Shown: positions 45,974 to 55,954, counted from the first letter of the stretch. The stretch is 64,000 bases of DNA from a bacterium UBP2_UBA5202 (GCA_002412795.1 DHVS01000032.1:27577-91576), one strand, 5' to 3'. Translations and numbers: made by a program. Notes: generated from the sequence alone by a model not told the origin.

Positions 45974-46311
45974 CTGGCCACCAGCCTTTCCACCACCGAG
46001 GCGATGCGCCGCCGGAGTTCCGGATCATCCACCCCGCGGCTGCGGTTGCCCTGCGACGGCCGGAGGTTGATCATGGAGTCGAATTCCAGCCAGTCTTCGC
46101 CTTTCACTTCGGGGTAAAAGTTTATCCCCCACAGGTCGCGCTGGCGCGAACCGGCCTCCAGCAACAGGGCCTCCTCGTCGGAATGCAGCTCGCCGCCGAC
46201 GGCCATCAGGTTCCGTTCCACATCCACCACGGCCTTGACCATGTCGCCGAACCGTTCCTGCGCCAGCTCCTGCAGACGGGCCAGGGTTATTTTTTCACGT
46301 ATGATCTCCAT
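45970..46311 (-). CDS. Hypothetical protein (114 aa; trimmed from the 226-aa track ORF)
   Basis: N-terminal half of the track ORF is low-complexity alternate-frame read-through of the YD-repeat remnant; real start MEIIREKITL at 46311. Confidence 0.35.
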   Translation of the reverse strand: MEIIREKITLARLQELAQERFGDMVKAVVDVERNLMAVGGELHSDEEALLLEAGSRQRDLWGINFYPEVKGEDWLEFDSMINLRPSQGNRSRGVDDPELRRRIASVVERLVAR

Positions 46312-46318
46312 ATGGTAA

Positions 46319-46990
46319 TTATCCCAAATATGTAAGCAAAAAGCAAGCCTGTCCTTGGTAAGCTTGGGAACAATTAAAACGCTCCCAGGCGTTGTCGGCG
46401 GTGACCCGCGCCTTGATGTCATCCGGCAGCCAGGAGGCTCCCGAGCCGAACTTCTGGTCGGTGTCCAGGGCGATGTAGATGTTCTCGTAGTTCCCCTGGG
46501 AGGTGCCGTAAAGATATTTGTGGGTGATCTCGAAGAACAGGAAATTGTCGTTGACGTGGACCTTAAGCGTTCCCATGTCCCGGGCGTCGTCGTGGCCGTC
46601 CCCGCTGGGGGCGGAAGCCAAAAGATCATCGTAGACCTCCACCCTGTCAACCTCGTTCTGGGGGTCCGTGCCGCCGGAGACGGTTACGGTCTTAATGGCA
46701 GATGTGCGCAGGCCCTCTGCGTTGTATATGTAATCGTTGCGGGTGGTGCTGTTGCCCACTGATTGGCTTAGGCGGGTCAGCTTGCCCAGATAGTTGTAAT
46801 GGTAATTCCAGACCCCGTCGTTTACCAGGTTACCGTTGCCGTCGTAGGTGTGGGTGACGCCGTTGGCGGTTTACAGGTGGTTGGTGCCTTGGTAGTAGCT
46901 GTTTTCATAGAGCTGTTAGTGAAAGCCTCGTATCGGGTGGGGCTGAATGTTTGGTATTGATGAGCCTAGTTACGGTGATCCGGTTGCGGA
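46319..46990 (-). pseudogene. RHS/YD-repeat protein remnant with internal stop codons
   Basis: Minus-strand translation gives TANGVTHTYDGNGNLVNDGVWNYHYNYLGKLTRL..YIYNAEGLRTS (YD repeats) interrupted upstream by TAA/TAA stops. Confidence 0.45.
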
Positions 46991-47148
46991 CGACTGCCCC
47001 TCGACGAGCTTTTTGGCGGAGTTGCAGACCTCCAGTCCCAGTTTTTTCTGGCAAAGAAGGCAGAGCATTGCTCATGTTTAGCAATTATTGTTGGATAAGA
47101 CAAACTGTTCACTAGAAAAAATACTTCGCTTTAGGAGGAGCATTTTTG

Positions 47149-48099
47149 CTATTGTACATTAAAAGGCATAAGGTGATCGTCTTTACCTTCTGTTATTTTC
47201 CTAGTATTTTTATTCCTTAAGTCCAATTCATATATATCCCACTTATTATCAATATTTGAAGAATATAATATCATATTTTTACTTAACAGAACTAGATCAA
47301 GGATGAATCCACCGTCATCGATTAGTAATTTTGTTTCACTCTTACTCATATCATAATCATATAACTTGCTAATCTTTTCATCAATCTGAATAACAAATAC
47401 TAAATGGCCATTAGTATAAACCATAGTTACAACATCGTAAGGCTTGTCAATTAATACTTTGTCTTCTTTTGTACATAAATTCATTTTACATATCATTTGT
47501 TTGTTAACATCATAATATATGAAATTATTATTATCTAACCATTTTGGAGCTATTGGCCCAAGTATGCCTTTTGACACATAATTGCATGAATCCTTTTTAA
47601 AGTCATACAATAATATTCCATTTACATTACCGTATAAAAAGCGTTGTCCATTAGGTGAAAGTGATAGGTTGCCCGGAAAATCAACTGCCTTTGTTAAATA
47701 TTTATAGCTATTGTTTTGTTTTTCATATACGACATTAATGCTATCCGGCTTGCTCAACATCACAATCATCTTGTTTCTATTAATGCTAAACAAATTATGA
47801 CCTGATGCTGCGCTTAATGTAGATAATTTTTCATTGGAAATCATATCGTACTCATATAATACCCTTCTAGGTTGCACTTTTCTCTGTTCATCAAGCATAA
47901 CATATACTCTTTTTTTAAAACATGCTACGTCAACTATAGAATATGAAGTTGATTCATCTAATTTTGATATTATGTATGGTTTATTTTTGTAAACAATAAA
48001 TAATTGGTTTTTGCTTTTATTTATGTATCCATAATTTTCTTTTGCAAAATAAATGGTTCCTTGTGTTAGTATCAATATGCTTAATAATATTTTTCGCAT
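47149..48099 (-). CDS. Candidate immunity protein for the upstream RHS toxin; secreted, possible PD40/TolB-like beta-propeller (start moved to MRKILLSILIL with GAGGAG SD)
   Basis: About 30% GC; signal peptide; SD overlaps the toxin stop codon; WDIYELDLRNKNTRKIT resembles TolB-type repeats. Confidence 0.4.
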   Translation of the reverse strand: MRKILLSILILTQGTIYFAKENYGYINKSKNQLFIVYKNKPYIISKLDESTSYSIVDVACFKKRVYVMLDEQRKVQPRRVLYEYDMISNEKLSTLSAASGHNLFSINRNKMIVMLSKPDSINVVYEKQNNSYKYLTKAVDFPGNLSLSPNGQRFLYGNVNGILLYDFKKDSCNYVSKGILGPIAPKWLDNNNFIYYDVNKQMICKMNLCTKEDKVLIDKPYDVVTMVYTNGHLVFVIQIDEKISKLYDYDMSKSETKLLIDDGGFILDLVLLSKNMILYSSNIDNKWDIYELDLRNKNTRKITEGKDDHLMPFNVQ

Positions 48100-48109
48100 G
48101 TTTCTCCTC

Positions 48110-48972
48110 TCATTCGATTGTTGGTTGTAATATTTCATCAGACGTTTCTTTTGGGATTGATTTTTCATCAATTTTAGGGTTATCTATCAACTCCTCCAAT
48201 ATTTTATCCTCGATTTCTTTTGCCTCCCAAGTGCAATCATTTACGTTGGGATCATCAGTTGTCCTACCGTTTTTTGCAATATAATTCTCGTAGTCTTTTG
48301 GTGTTTGAATATTGGGTTTTGCCATTTCTAGATTATGTGCAAATTCATGCCCTATTGTTGATAAACCACTGCTAGGTTTTATTAACGAATAAATCTGCTT
48401 TTTACCATCAATAACATCATTAAAATATGAAATACCAGGAGCGCTTCCAAATTTCTTTTGTTCAGCTGCATACATGTTTCTCAGTAATACTTCTGCCTTG
48501 TTATTCCTTCTTGCAGCATCATAAATATTTCTAAAGGTTTCGGAACGTAAGTACAATTGTACAACTCGTGCTTGCATTTTAGACCCAACAACGGATACTT
48601 TCATTCCATCTGGATCAACATATTTCAAAGGATTATTCAAACAATAGACATACGGGTTCAACATCTGCGGATTATACAAGAACTTTATATCCGGCACGCC
48701 CTTCAGTAACGGCTCCGGCTGGCTCCATCTGCCCAAACCCGTAGTAAAATACCTGGCTTTTGCGTAATACTGCCCGGTGGCATCGTCCTTTATATGCCCC
48801 GTAAACTTATGGGTATTGCCCGTAGCAACCGTCCCGGCCTCACTGCCGAAAGCCAAATAATCCTGCCGCCACACCACTGCCCCGGTAGCATCGGTCATCA
48901 CTCTGGGACTATTTAGATAATCCGCATGGTAGTAATACGTGCTCCAATTGCGGGAGCAGGGGTGCCTTTTAT
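48110..48972 (-). CDS. Orphan RHS C-terminal cassette: conserved RHS core end plus variable zincin (HExxH) toxin domain; no recognisable start codon or N-terminal shell
   Basis: YYYHADYLNSPRVMTDATGAVVWRQDYLAFGSE..RYFTTGLGRWSQPEP..YVDPDGM (RHS core with DPxG(L/M) site) then AT-rich tip containing HEFAH at 48335-48349. Confidence 0.6.
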
Positions 48973-48974
48973 GT

Positions 48975-49601
48975 TTACTGGGCTGTATACCTGAACACAT
49001 CCCCGAACATAAAATACAGCGCTCCGGCCAGATCCTCCCTGCTCTGCCTTCCCCCGCCTTTCCGCAGGTAATCGTTGATGATCTCGCCCCTGTCGTTCTT
49101 GTAATCATAGGGATGCCGCAGGTTCATCTTGATCCGGCCCACCCGGCCCGACCCGTAGTGCAGGATGACCACCGTCCCGTCCGCCTGCACCTCCTCCACC
49201 AAGCCCACATGGGTGATCTTGTCGTAGCTGTTCTCCAAAGTGTTCTTGAAGAACACCGCGTCGGCCGGCCGGGGCGGCATGTCAACGTATGACAGGTTCT
49301 TGTCCCTTAAGGTAAGGTACAGGGACTCCGAGAGCGGCCGGCCCTGGCGGACGAAATTGTATTTTATCTTGCGGCCCATCACGGCATAAACCCCGTTGAC
49401 ATATCCCGAGCAGTCGTTCTTGAACCTTTTGTCCATCTCGCTCAGCCGCTTCACGCCGATAAGACTCTTGGCATAATTGACCAAAGCCTGCCTGGACTGC
49501 ATCTCCTCGCCGGCCGGCTCCTTTCTTTGGACATAGGCCGGGGAGCAGGACACTACCAGCCCGGCGGTCAAGATCATCAGACCATGACGCCAGTATCTCA
49601 T
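48975..49601 (-). CDS. NlpC/P60 (C40) family cell-wall peptidase, lipoprotein
   Basis: Lipobox LVVSC; catalytic Cys (NDCSGYVNGVY) and His (ITHVGLV). Confidence 0.7.
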   Translation of the reverse strand: MRYWRHGLMILTAGLVVSCSPAYVQRKEPAGEEMQSRQALVNYAKSLIGVKRLSEMDKRFKNDCSGYVNGVYAVMGRKIKYNFVRQGRPLSESLYLTLRDKNLSYVDMPPRPADAVFFKNTLENSYDKITHVGLVEEVQADGTVVILHYGSGRVGRIKMNLRHPYDYKNDRGEIINDYLRKGGGRQSREDLAGALYFMFGDVFRYTAQ

Positions 49602-49852
49602 GCCTTCTTCCCAAAAGGAACATATTTCTTGAACCAGTGGAAACCGAACTTCTCCATCATTTTCAGATACCCGTCATTGCCTTCCGGCATGTAGTCTGCG
49701 CTGTAGTGCAGGCCGAAGCAGCGCTGGGCCGGGTTGATGTATCCCTGTTTTTGGATCCTGGCCAGGGCCCTTTTGACCAGGGCCGGGCCGCCGGTATTGC
49801 GGCAAACCCGCTCCATGTCCTTGAGCCTTTCCGGGGTAATGGCCACTTTCAT
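49598..49852 (-). CDS. Hypothetical small protein, translationally coupled to the NlpC/P60 gene
   Basis: 84 aa; 4-nt overlap with downstream gene. Confidence 0.3.
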   Translation of the reverse strand: MKVAITPERLKDMERVCRNTGGPALVKRALARIQKQGYINPAQRCFGLHYSADYMPEGNDGYLKMMEKFGFHWFKKYVPFGKKA

Positions 49853-49861
49853 TCCGGGATA

Positions 49862-50542
49862 TTATTCGTCAAAAGCTTTGAACAGTTCCTTGTCGCTCAG
49901 TTCCCTGTATCTTTCGGAATGGACCATGACCTTGACCGGAAGTTTTTTACGGGGCACCGGTTTTGCCTTGGGGTAACCGATACATAAAAGGACCACTGGA
50001 AAGACTCCCCGGGGCAGCTTGAACATTTTCTTGAGGGCCGGGAAGAATTCCAGCACCGTCCCGATGTAACAGCAGCCCAGGCCCAAAGCGTCGGCCGCGG
50101 TGCAGATGTTCTGGGCGCTGATGATGGTGTCCTGGAACGAGATCCAGAAATGACGGAAGGAGCTGGTTGCGGTGAAGGGCGCATCTGATAGCTTCGACCA
50201 GCGCTCCAGCCTTCGCCAGTCTATGCAGAACAGCAGATTGACCGGGGCCTGGCCCACAAAGGGCTGTCCGCACAACTTGGCCAGCTTGGCGTTGGCGGAC
50301 CGGTTCTCTATTTTGATGATGGAATAAGGCTGCAGGTTTCCCCCGGTCGGGGCCCGCACCCCGGCTTCGAGTACCTGCTCCAGTACTTTGGCCGGGATCT
50401 TCTTGCCTCTAAAAATGCGGCAGCTGCCCCTTTCCAGCAGCAGCCTGATGGTGGGATCGGCGGCCCGGGATGCTTTCTGCTCCGTTACTCCGTGATGTGA
50501 CTTCATTTTATTGGTTCTCCTCCCTGGCTGCGGTTTTTTCAA
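49862..50542 (-). CDS. Nitroreductase family protein
   Basis: RRS.R.F...I....L..VLEAGVRAPTGGNLQPY motif typical of NAD(P)H nitroreductases. Confidence 0.7.
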   Translation of the reverse strand: MKKPQPGRRTNKMKSHHGVTEQKASRAADPTIRLLLERGSCRIFRGKKIPAKVLEQVLEAGVRAPTGGNLQPYSIIKIENRSANAKLAKLCGQPFVGQAPVNLLFCIDWRRLERWSKLSDAPFTATSSFRHFWISFQDTIISAQNICTAADALGLGCCYIGTVLEFFPALKKMFKLPRGVFPVVLLCIGYPKAKPVPRKKLPVKVMVHSERYRELSDKELFKAFDE

Positions 50543-51920
50543 GCTCCGTGATCATCAGTTTATAATCATGGTCGAATGTCTGGCCGTATAATTCCCTTAA
50601 ACGAGACATTGCCTGGTCCTGATGCTTTTTGCTTCCTGTAATGCCGGACAATTCAAAGTAAACCAGCGCTTCCAGTATAATCCCGGGCTGTTTGTCGAGA
50701 AGGTCCAAAAGCATTTTTTCTATCCGGGGCCGGTCGTTCCCGGCCGCTATTTTTATTTCCAGTATCTCCGCTTTGGCCAAGATATCCTCGCTTTTATTTT
50801 TTTGGGCCGAAAGCTTTGCCTTTTCTAGATGATCCAGGGCCCCGGTCTTGTCCCCGGCCTTGGAACATACTTCGGCCAGCTGGAGATAATTTGAATCCAG
50901 CTCCTTGTCAAATCCGGCCTCCAGGTCTATCTCCACCGCTTTCAGAAAATATTCCCGGGCCCTCCCGTATTCTCCGGTCTTGGCGTATACCATTCCCAGC
51001 CCGCAACATCCCCCCTCCCGGCCTTCCGGATCTCCGGCCTCTTCGGAGATGCTCAGCTGTCTTTCAAAATACTCCAGCGCCGTCTGGTACTGCTCCTGCT
51101 CGGCATGAACTATACCCAGGTTGCCGCAGGACTGGCTGATGCCGGCCTTGTAATCCAGTTTTTGTGAGATCTCCAGCTTGGTCCGGTAACAGTCCACCGC
51201 CTCCCGGTACTTTCCCTGGCGGTAGTTGATGTTCCCTATGTTTCCCACCGCTATGCTTTGGTTGGCGGGGTCTCCCAGCCGCTGGGCCAGGTCCAGCTGT
51301 TTCTTGTAATATTCATGGGACCTGTCCAGCCGGTCCTGGAAAAAATAGACGTTGCCCATGGTCCCGTAGGTGATGCTCAGGAACAGGCTGTCATTCTCCC
51401 GCAAGGAGGCCTCGGCGCACTGCTCCAGGCATTCCAGGGCCTGGTCGAACCGGCCCCGGCTCATATGAACCTGGCTGAGGTTGCCCAGCCCGCTGATCAG
51501 ATGCTTGCTGTCCCCGAAGCGCCTGCTCCGGGCGATCAGGTCATTGAAACATTCCTCGGCTTTCTGCTGTTTGCCCTGGGCGGCATATACCAGCCCGATG
51601 TTGTTGATGGTCTGGCTGATCCCGGGCTGGTCTCCCAGCTCGGTATAGATGGTCAGCGCCTCGTCAAGCGAGGCCAGCGGGTCATGCACCTTTCCCATGT
51701 ACCGCATTATCCGGAACAGCTTGATCTGGGAATCGGCCGTCTGGCTTTGGGCTCCGGCCTGCTTGGCGAATTCCAGGTTTTTCCGGAACAGTTCTTCCGC
51801 CTGCTGCCATTCGCCCGACAGCTCCAGCACATCGGCCTTGCTGAGACAGACCGAATAGGCATAGTACTGCCCGCCGGCTTCCAGCCACAGTTTGTTTATG
51901 TGATACCGGGATTGGGGCAT
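50508..51920 (-). CDS. TPR repeat protein
   Basis: About 10 consecutive TPR units (..A...Y..AL.I....GD....A....N.G.VY..QG.Y..A..). Confidence 0.7.
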   Translation of the reverse strand: MPQSRYHINKLWLEAGGQYYAYSVCLSKADVLELSGEWQQAEELFRKNLEFAKQAGAQSQTADSQIKLFRIMRYMGKVHDPLASLDEALTIYTELGDQPGISQTINNIGLVYAAQGKQQKAEECFNDLIARSRRFGDSKHLISGLGNLSQVHMSRGRFDQALECLEQCAEASLRENDSLFLSITYGTMGNVYFFQDRLDRSHEYYKKQLDLAQRLGDPANQSIAVGNIGNINYRQGKYREAVDCYRTKLEISQKLDYKAGISQSCGNLGIVHAEQEQYQTALEYFERQLSISEEAGDPEGREGGCCGLGMVYAKTGEYGRAREYFLKAVEIDLEAGFDKELDSNYLQLAEVCSKAGDKTGALDHLEKAKLSAQKNKSEDILAKAEILEIKIAAGNDRPRIEKMLLDLLDKQPGIILEALVYFELSGITGSKKHQDQAMSRLRELYGQTFDHDYKLMITELEKTAAREENQ

Positions 51921-51958
51921 CTGCTCCTTAAAAGATGTTTTCAGAAAGACCTGGCCGG

Positions 51959-52387
51959 TCAGTCGCCGGAGTTCCCAACTTTTTTCCGCAGGGACTTGGT
52001 CTGCCCCTTTTTCTTTTTATCATCCACCCTCCTGGCCCTGGAAGCATAGGTGGGCTTGGTCTTCCGGCGAATCTTGGGCCGGACGGCCGCCAGCCTGATG
52101 ATCTCCGCCAGGCGCTGCCGGGCTTCCAGCCGGTTGGCCTCGCGGGTCCGGTGGTTGCGGGCATCGATGACCAGATAACCGTCCAGGTTGATCCGATTCC
52201 GGTAAAGGGAAAACAGCCGCTGCTTCACCTCCGCCGTCAGGCAAAGACTGCCGGCCGCATTGAACTTCAGCTTGACCGCAGTGGCCACCTTGTTGACGTT
52301 CTGTCCGCCCGGCCCCGAAGCCCGGATGAACTCTTCGGAAAGTTCGTCTTCGGCTATCATTATGTTCTGGTTGACTGTCAGCGCCAT
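51959..52387 (-). CDS. arfB: Alternative ribosome-rescue factor ArfB (peptidyl-tRNA hydrolase, RF-1 domain)
   Basis: GGQ motif (ASGPGGQNVNKV); basic C-terminal tail; 142 aa. Confidence 0.8.
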   Translation of the reverse strand: MALTVNQNIMIAEDELSEEFIRASGPGGQNVNKVATAVKLKFNAAGSLCLTAEVKQRLFSLYRNRINLDGYLVIDARNHRTREANRLEARQRLAEIIRLAAVRPKIRRKTKPTYASRARRVDDKKKKGQTKSLRKKVGNSGD

Positions 52388-52449
52388 TTGGCAAAATATT
52401 CTGATATCATTTTTCCGCCTTATAAGCTAATTGATCCACCGGAAAGTTA

Positions 52450-52545
52450 TTATTTTCCTTTGAGTACATGGGCAAAGCTGTAAACCGTCAAGAATATTAT
52501 CAGGCCCCAGGAAAGGGCCATGAACAGAGTGCCCCAAGCATTCAT
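52450..52545 (-). CDS. Unannotated 31-aa single-TM peptide immediately downstream of the NSS transporter
   Basis: ATG at 52545 preceded by AAGGAGG SD; MNAWGTLFMALSWGLIIFLTVYSFAHVLKGK with a 22-residue hydrophobic core; 28 nt after the transporter stop. Confidence 0.4.
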   Translation of the reverse strand: MNAWGTLFMALSWGLIIFLTVYSFAHVLKGK

Positions 52546-52572
52546 GTTATACTGCCTCCTTGTGTTAACCTT

Positions 52573-54132
52573 TCAGGCATTTTCAACTTTGCTTTTTCGC
52601 TTCCAGGCCCAGGCCACCAGCCCTATGATCACCGCCCATAAACCGAATACCAATCCCCGGGCGGCCCACTGGTACGGCTGGTCGGCCGGGGCCACCCCCT
52701 TCATCGCGATGAACGGCCAGAACTGCTGATAGGACCAGACCCCCAGCAGGATCAGCAGATAGGCCGGGGTCACGTATTTGATGATGGGTTTGTAGATCGC
52801 GGGGATCCTCATCTGGGCGCCCTGATGCATCTCCTTCCATCCTTTTTCGATCCCGAATACCCAGGAGAACAGGATGATCTCGATGGTGGCGAACACCACC
52901 AGGAACAGGGTGCCGCCCCAGAAATCAAGCTCGTCCACGAAGCCGTGGCCCAGAAAGAAGATGGCGGGCAGACAGGCCGTCAGAGAGACCGCGCCCAGCG
53001 CCAGCACCGATCTCCGGCGGCTCCACCCGAGCTCGTCCTCCAGGAACGAGATGGCCGGCTGGATCAGGGAGACCGAGGAAGTTATTCCGGCAATGAACAG
53101 CAGCAAAAACCACAGCCCGGAGAACATTGCCCCCCAAGGCATTTTCCCGAAGATCATGGGCATGGTCACAAAGCCCAGGTTGAAGGTGCCGCTCTGGGCG
53201 GCGGTTAAAGCTCCGGCCGCCCCGCCCAGGAAGATGAAGGCCGCCGGGATCACTATGGAACCGCCCAGGATCACTTCGCAGAATTCGTTGGTGGCCGAAG
53301 CCGTCAGCCCCGACAGCGCCACATCGTCGTTTTTCTTGAGATAACTGGCGTAGGTCAGGATCACCCCGATCCCCACCGACAGGGTGAAGAATATCTGGCC
53401 GGCGGCCTCTATCCAGACCCTGGCGTTGGCGAGCTGGGAAAAATCCGGATTCCAGACAAAGCCCAGGGCGTTCTTCACCGAAAGTTCCGGCATAGCCGGA
53501 TCCGGGGTTCCCAGGGACAGCACCCGGATGGCCAGCAATATTCCTATTCCTATCAGCACCGGCATCCCGTACTTGGAAAGTTTTTCTATTCCCCCCTGAA
53601 TTCCTTTATAGATGAAATAGAAATTAATCAGGAAGGTCAGGGCAAAGAAGACCAGGGCCGGGGCCAACCCCGAGAAATACTGGTTCTGGGCCAGTCCCTG
53701 AAAGCCAGACAAGAAAGCCTTCATCTCGGCCTGGCCGCCTCCGAACGGCAGATGCCCGGTGAAAGAATACCAGGCATAGGCCAGGGTCCAGGATTCGATG
53801 TACATGTAGTAAATGAGGATGATGAAAGGCCCCAGCACTCCTATGGTCCCCAGGTATTTGGCCCAGCGCCCTGTCCCGTCCAGTTTGTCAAAGATGCCGG
53901 GGGCGGTGCCGTGGCCACGCTGTCCTCCCAGGCGCCCGATCGTCCATTCCACCCACATCATGGGAATGCCCAAAAGCAGAAAGGCAATGAAATAGGGGAT
54001 CATAAAGGCCCCGCCGCCGTTAAGCACCGCCTTGGCCGGGAACCGCAGGAAATTCCCCAGCCCCACCGCGCTTCCGGCCACGGCCAGAATGACCCCCAGT
54101 TTGGAGCCCCATTGTTCGCGTTTTTCTGACAT
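52573..54132 (-). CDS. Neurotransmitter:sodium symporter (NSS/SLC6) family transporter
   Basis: N-terminal NSS signature WGSKLGVILAVAGSAVGLGNFLRFP; about 12 TM helices; 519 aa. Confidence 0.85.
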   Translation of the reverse strand: MSEKREQWGSKLGVILAVAGSAVGLGNFLRFPAKAVLNGGGAFMIPYFIAFLLLGIPMMWVEWTIGRLGGQRGHGTAPGIFDKLDGTGRWAKYLGTIGVLGPFIILIYYMYIESWTLAYAWYSFTGHLPFGGGQAEMKAFLSGFQGLAQNQYFSGLAPALVFFALTFLINFYFIYKGIQGGIEKLSKYGMPVLIGIGILLAIRVLSLGTPDPAMPELSVKNALGFVWNPDFSQLANARVWIEAAGQIFFTLSVGIGVILTYASYLKKNDDVALSGLTASATNEFCEVILGGSIVIPAAFIFLGGAAGALTAAQSGTFNLGFVTMPMIFGKMPWGAMFSGLWFLLLFIAGITSSVSLIQPAISFLEDELGWSRRRSVLALGAVSLTACLPAIFFLGHGFVDELDFWGGTLFLVVFATIEIILFSWVFGIEKGWKEMHQGAQMRIPAIYKPIIKYVTPAYLLILLGVWSYQQFWPFIAMKGVAPADQPYQWAARGLVFGLWAVIIGLVAWAWKRKSKVENA

Positions 54133-54234
54133 ACTCTCTCCTCTTAAACGCTTGAATGAATATTGAATTTAGGAGACGGTAGACCGGACAACCCTTCAGT
54201 ATTCTGACTTCAATATTCTGTATCCCGGTTCAGC

Positions 54235-55440
54235 TCACATATTCTTCCTGATCATGGTGGCCAGCCTCAGGATTCCTTCCTCGATCTGGGCCTCGGTGGG
54301 ATAGGAGAAATTCATCCGCATGGCGTTCTGGCCCTTGCCGTCGCAATGGAAGGCGGTGCCCACCACGTAGGCCACCTTCTCTTCTATGGCTTTGGGAAAA
54401 AGCTCGTTGGCGCTCATGTTCTTGGGCAGCCTGATCCACAGGAACAGCCCGCCTTCGGGCTTGGTCCATTTCACCCCCTTGGGCATGTGCTTCTTCAGGG
54501 CTTTCAGCATCACCTGGCGCTTCTGGCCATAGATCAGCTTGATCCGCTCGATCTGGGGCTGCAGCAGGCCCTGCTTCATGTATTCGGCGGTAATCAGCTG
54601 GTTGAAGGAGGGGCTGCACAGGTCCATGCTCTGCTTGGCCACTATCATCCGGTCCATCCATTCGGCCGGGGCGGTGATCCAGGCCAGGCGCAGGCCCGGG
54701 CAGAAGATCTTGGAGAAGGTCCCCAGCACTATCACCTGGTTCTGGGTGTCCAGGCTGTAGATGGGCGGCACCGGATCCCCGGTGAAGCGCAGGTCGCGGT
54801 AGGGGCTGTCCTCCACGATGGGCACTTCGTACCGGTAGGCCAGCTCCAGCAGTTTCTTTCGGCGCTCCAGGCTCATGGTGATCCCCGACGGGTTCTGGAA
54901 ATCGGGCACCACATAGATGAATTTGGGCTTCTTTTTCTTCTGGGCCATTTTGCCCAGGACCTTCTCCAGCTTGTCCATCCGCATCCCCTCATCGTCCTGG
55001 GGCACGCCCACCATCTTGGCCCGGTAGGCGGTGAAGGCCTGGAGCCCGCCCACGTAGCTGGGGAGTTCTACGATCACGGTGTCGCCGGGATCCAAAAACA
55101 CCTTGGACACGATGTCCAGCCCCTGCTGGGAGCCAGAGGTGATGAAGATGTTCTCCGGCTTGATGCCCGACTTTTCCTGGGACATCCACTTGGCCAGCTC
55201 CTCGCGCAGGGGCGCCTCGCCCTCGGTGGTCCCGTACTGCAGGGCCGTGGCCCCTTTTTCCCGCAGCAGCCGGCAGGAGATCTCCTCTATCTCCTTGACC
55301 GGGAAGGTGTCGGGGGCCGGCAGTCCGCCGGCAAAGCTGATGATGCCGGGCTGGCGGGTGAACTTCAAAAGTTCGCGGATCTCGGAACGCTTCATGTTCA
55401 GGGCGTTCTTGGAATAAAAGGCCGAAAGGTCTTTGATCAT
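54235..55440 (-). CDS. PLP-dependent aminotransferase, class I/II
   Basis: PLP-lysine region SFSKIFCPGLRLAW; fold-type I pattern throughout. Confidence 0.8.
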   Translation of the reverse strand: MIKDLSAFYSKNALNMKRSEIRELLKFTRQPGIISFAGGLPAPDTFPVKEIEEISCRLLREKGATALQYGTTEGEAPLREELAKWMSQEKSGIKPENIFITSGSQQGLDIVSKVFLDPGDTVIVELPSYVGGLQAFTAYRAKMVGVPQDDEGMRMDKLEKVLGKMAQKKKKPKFIYVVPDFQNPSGITMSLERRKKLLELAYRYEVPIVEDSPYRDLRFTGDPVPPIYSLDTQNQVIVLGTFSKIFCPGLRLAWITAPAEWMDRMIVAKQSMDLCSPSFNQLITAEYMKQGLLQPQIERIKLIYGQKRQVMLKALKKHMPKGVKWTKPEGGLFLWIRLPKNMSANELFPKAIEEKVAYVVGTAFHCDGKGQNAMRMNFSYPTEAQIEEGILRLATMIRKNM

Positions 55441-55540
55441 GGCTGGTGACTCCGATATTTTATATTGATTTATTGGTTTATCGCTTTGGCGCCGTTCTAA
55501 GAAACTAACTCTTTTTCATAATTTCCGGACAATAACTAAT

Positions 55541-55954
55541 TTATATCTTAATGCTTTTCTGCTCCAGACCCGTCTCTTTGGCCATCATTTCAAAATGCCG
55601 GTCGGCATGCAGCAGCAGGCAGCGGTACTTTATGGCCAGACGGGCAATGATCAGATCGGTGGTTGGTATCCTTAGACCGGCCCTTATCAGGCGATGGCCC
55701 AATTGGGCAACCATCTTCCATTCCTCCTCCGGGAACGGCAGATAATGTAAGGAGCCCAGCTCGCTGGAGAGATCTTGATACTCCCCCTCGTTTCGGGCTC
55801 CCTGTAAAAGTTCTGCCAGGATCATTCCGGCGGTGGCCGCCCGGTCATGCTCCAGCAGGTCCCCCACCAATGCTTGGGCCTGCGTTGAACCCTTGGGCCT
55901 TAAGGCTAGGATCCAGGCCGAGCTGTCTATCAGGACCAATCCGCTACCGGGCAT
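55541..55954 (-). CDS. vapC: PIN-domain toxin VapC
   Basis: N-terminal LIDSSAW with conserved acidic residues; 137 aa; overlaps the antitoxin gene. Confidence 0.75.
   Translation of the reverse strand: MPGSGLVLIDSSAWILALRPKGSTQAQALVGDLLEHDRAATAGMILAELLQGARNEGEYQDLSSELGSLHYLPFPEEEWKMVAQLGHRLIRAGLRIPTTDLIIARLAIKYRCLLLHADRHFEMMAKETGLEQKSIKI

Noticed and set aside
45970-46650. 226-aa ORF as given by the track
   Set aside because: The N-terminal 112 residues (TTTPGTWERLRSTSTT..) are low-complexity read-through of the YD-repeat remnant in another frame. Only the C-terminal 114 aa from MEIIREKITL look protein-like.
54346-55449. 367-aa plus-strand ORF opposite the aminotransferase
   Set aside because: Antisense artefact. 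The minus-strand protein has the PLP-lysine motif and a fold-type I pattern.
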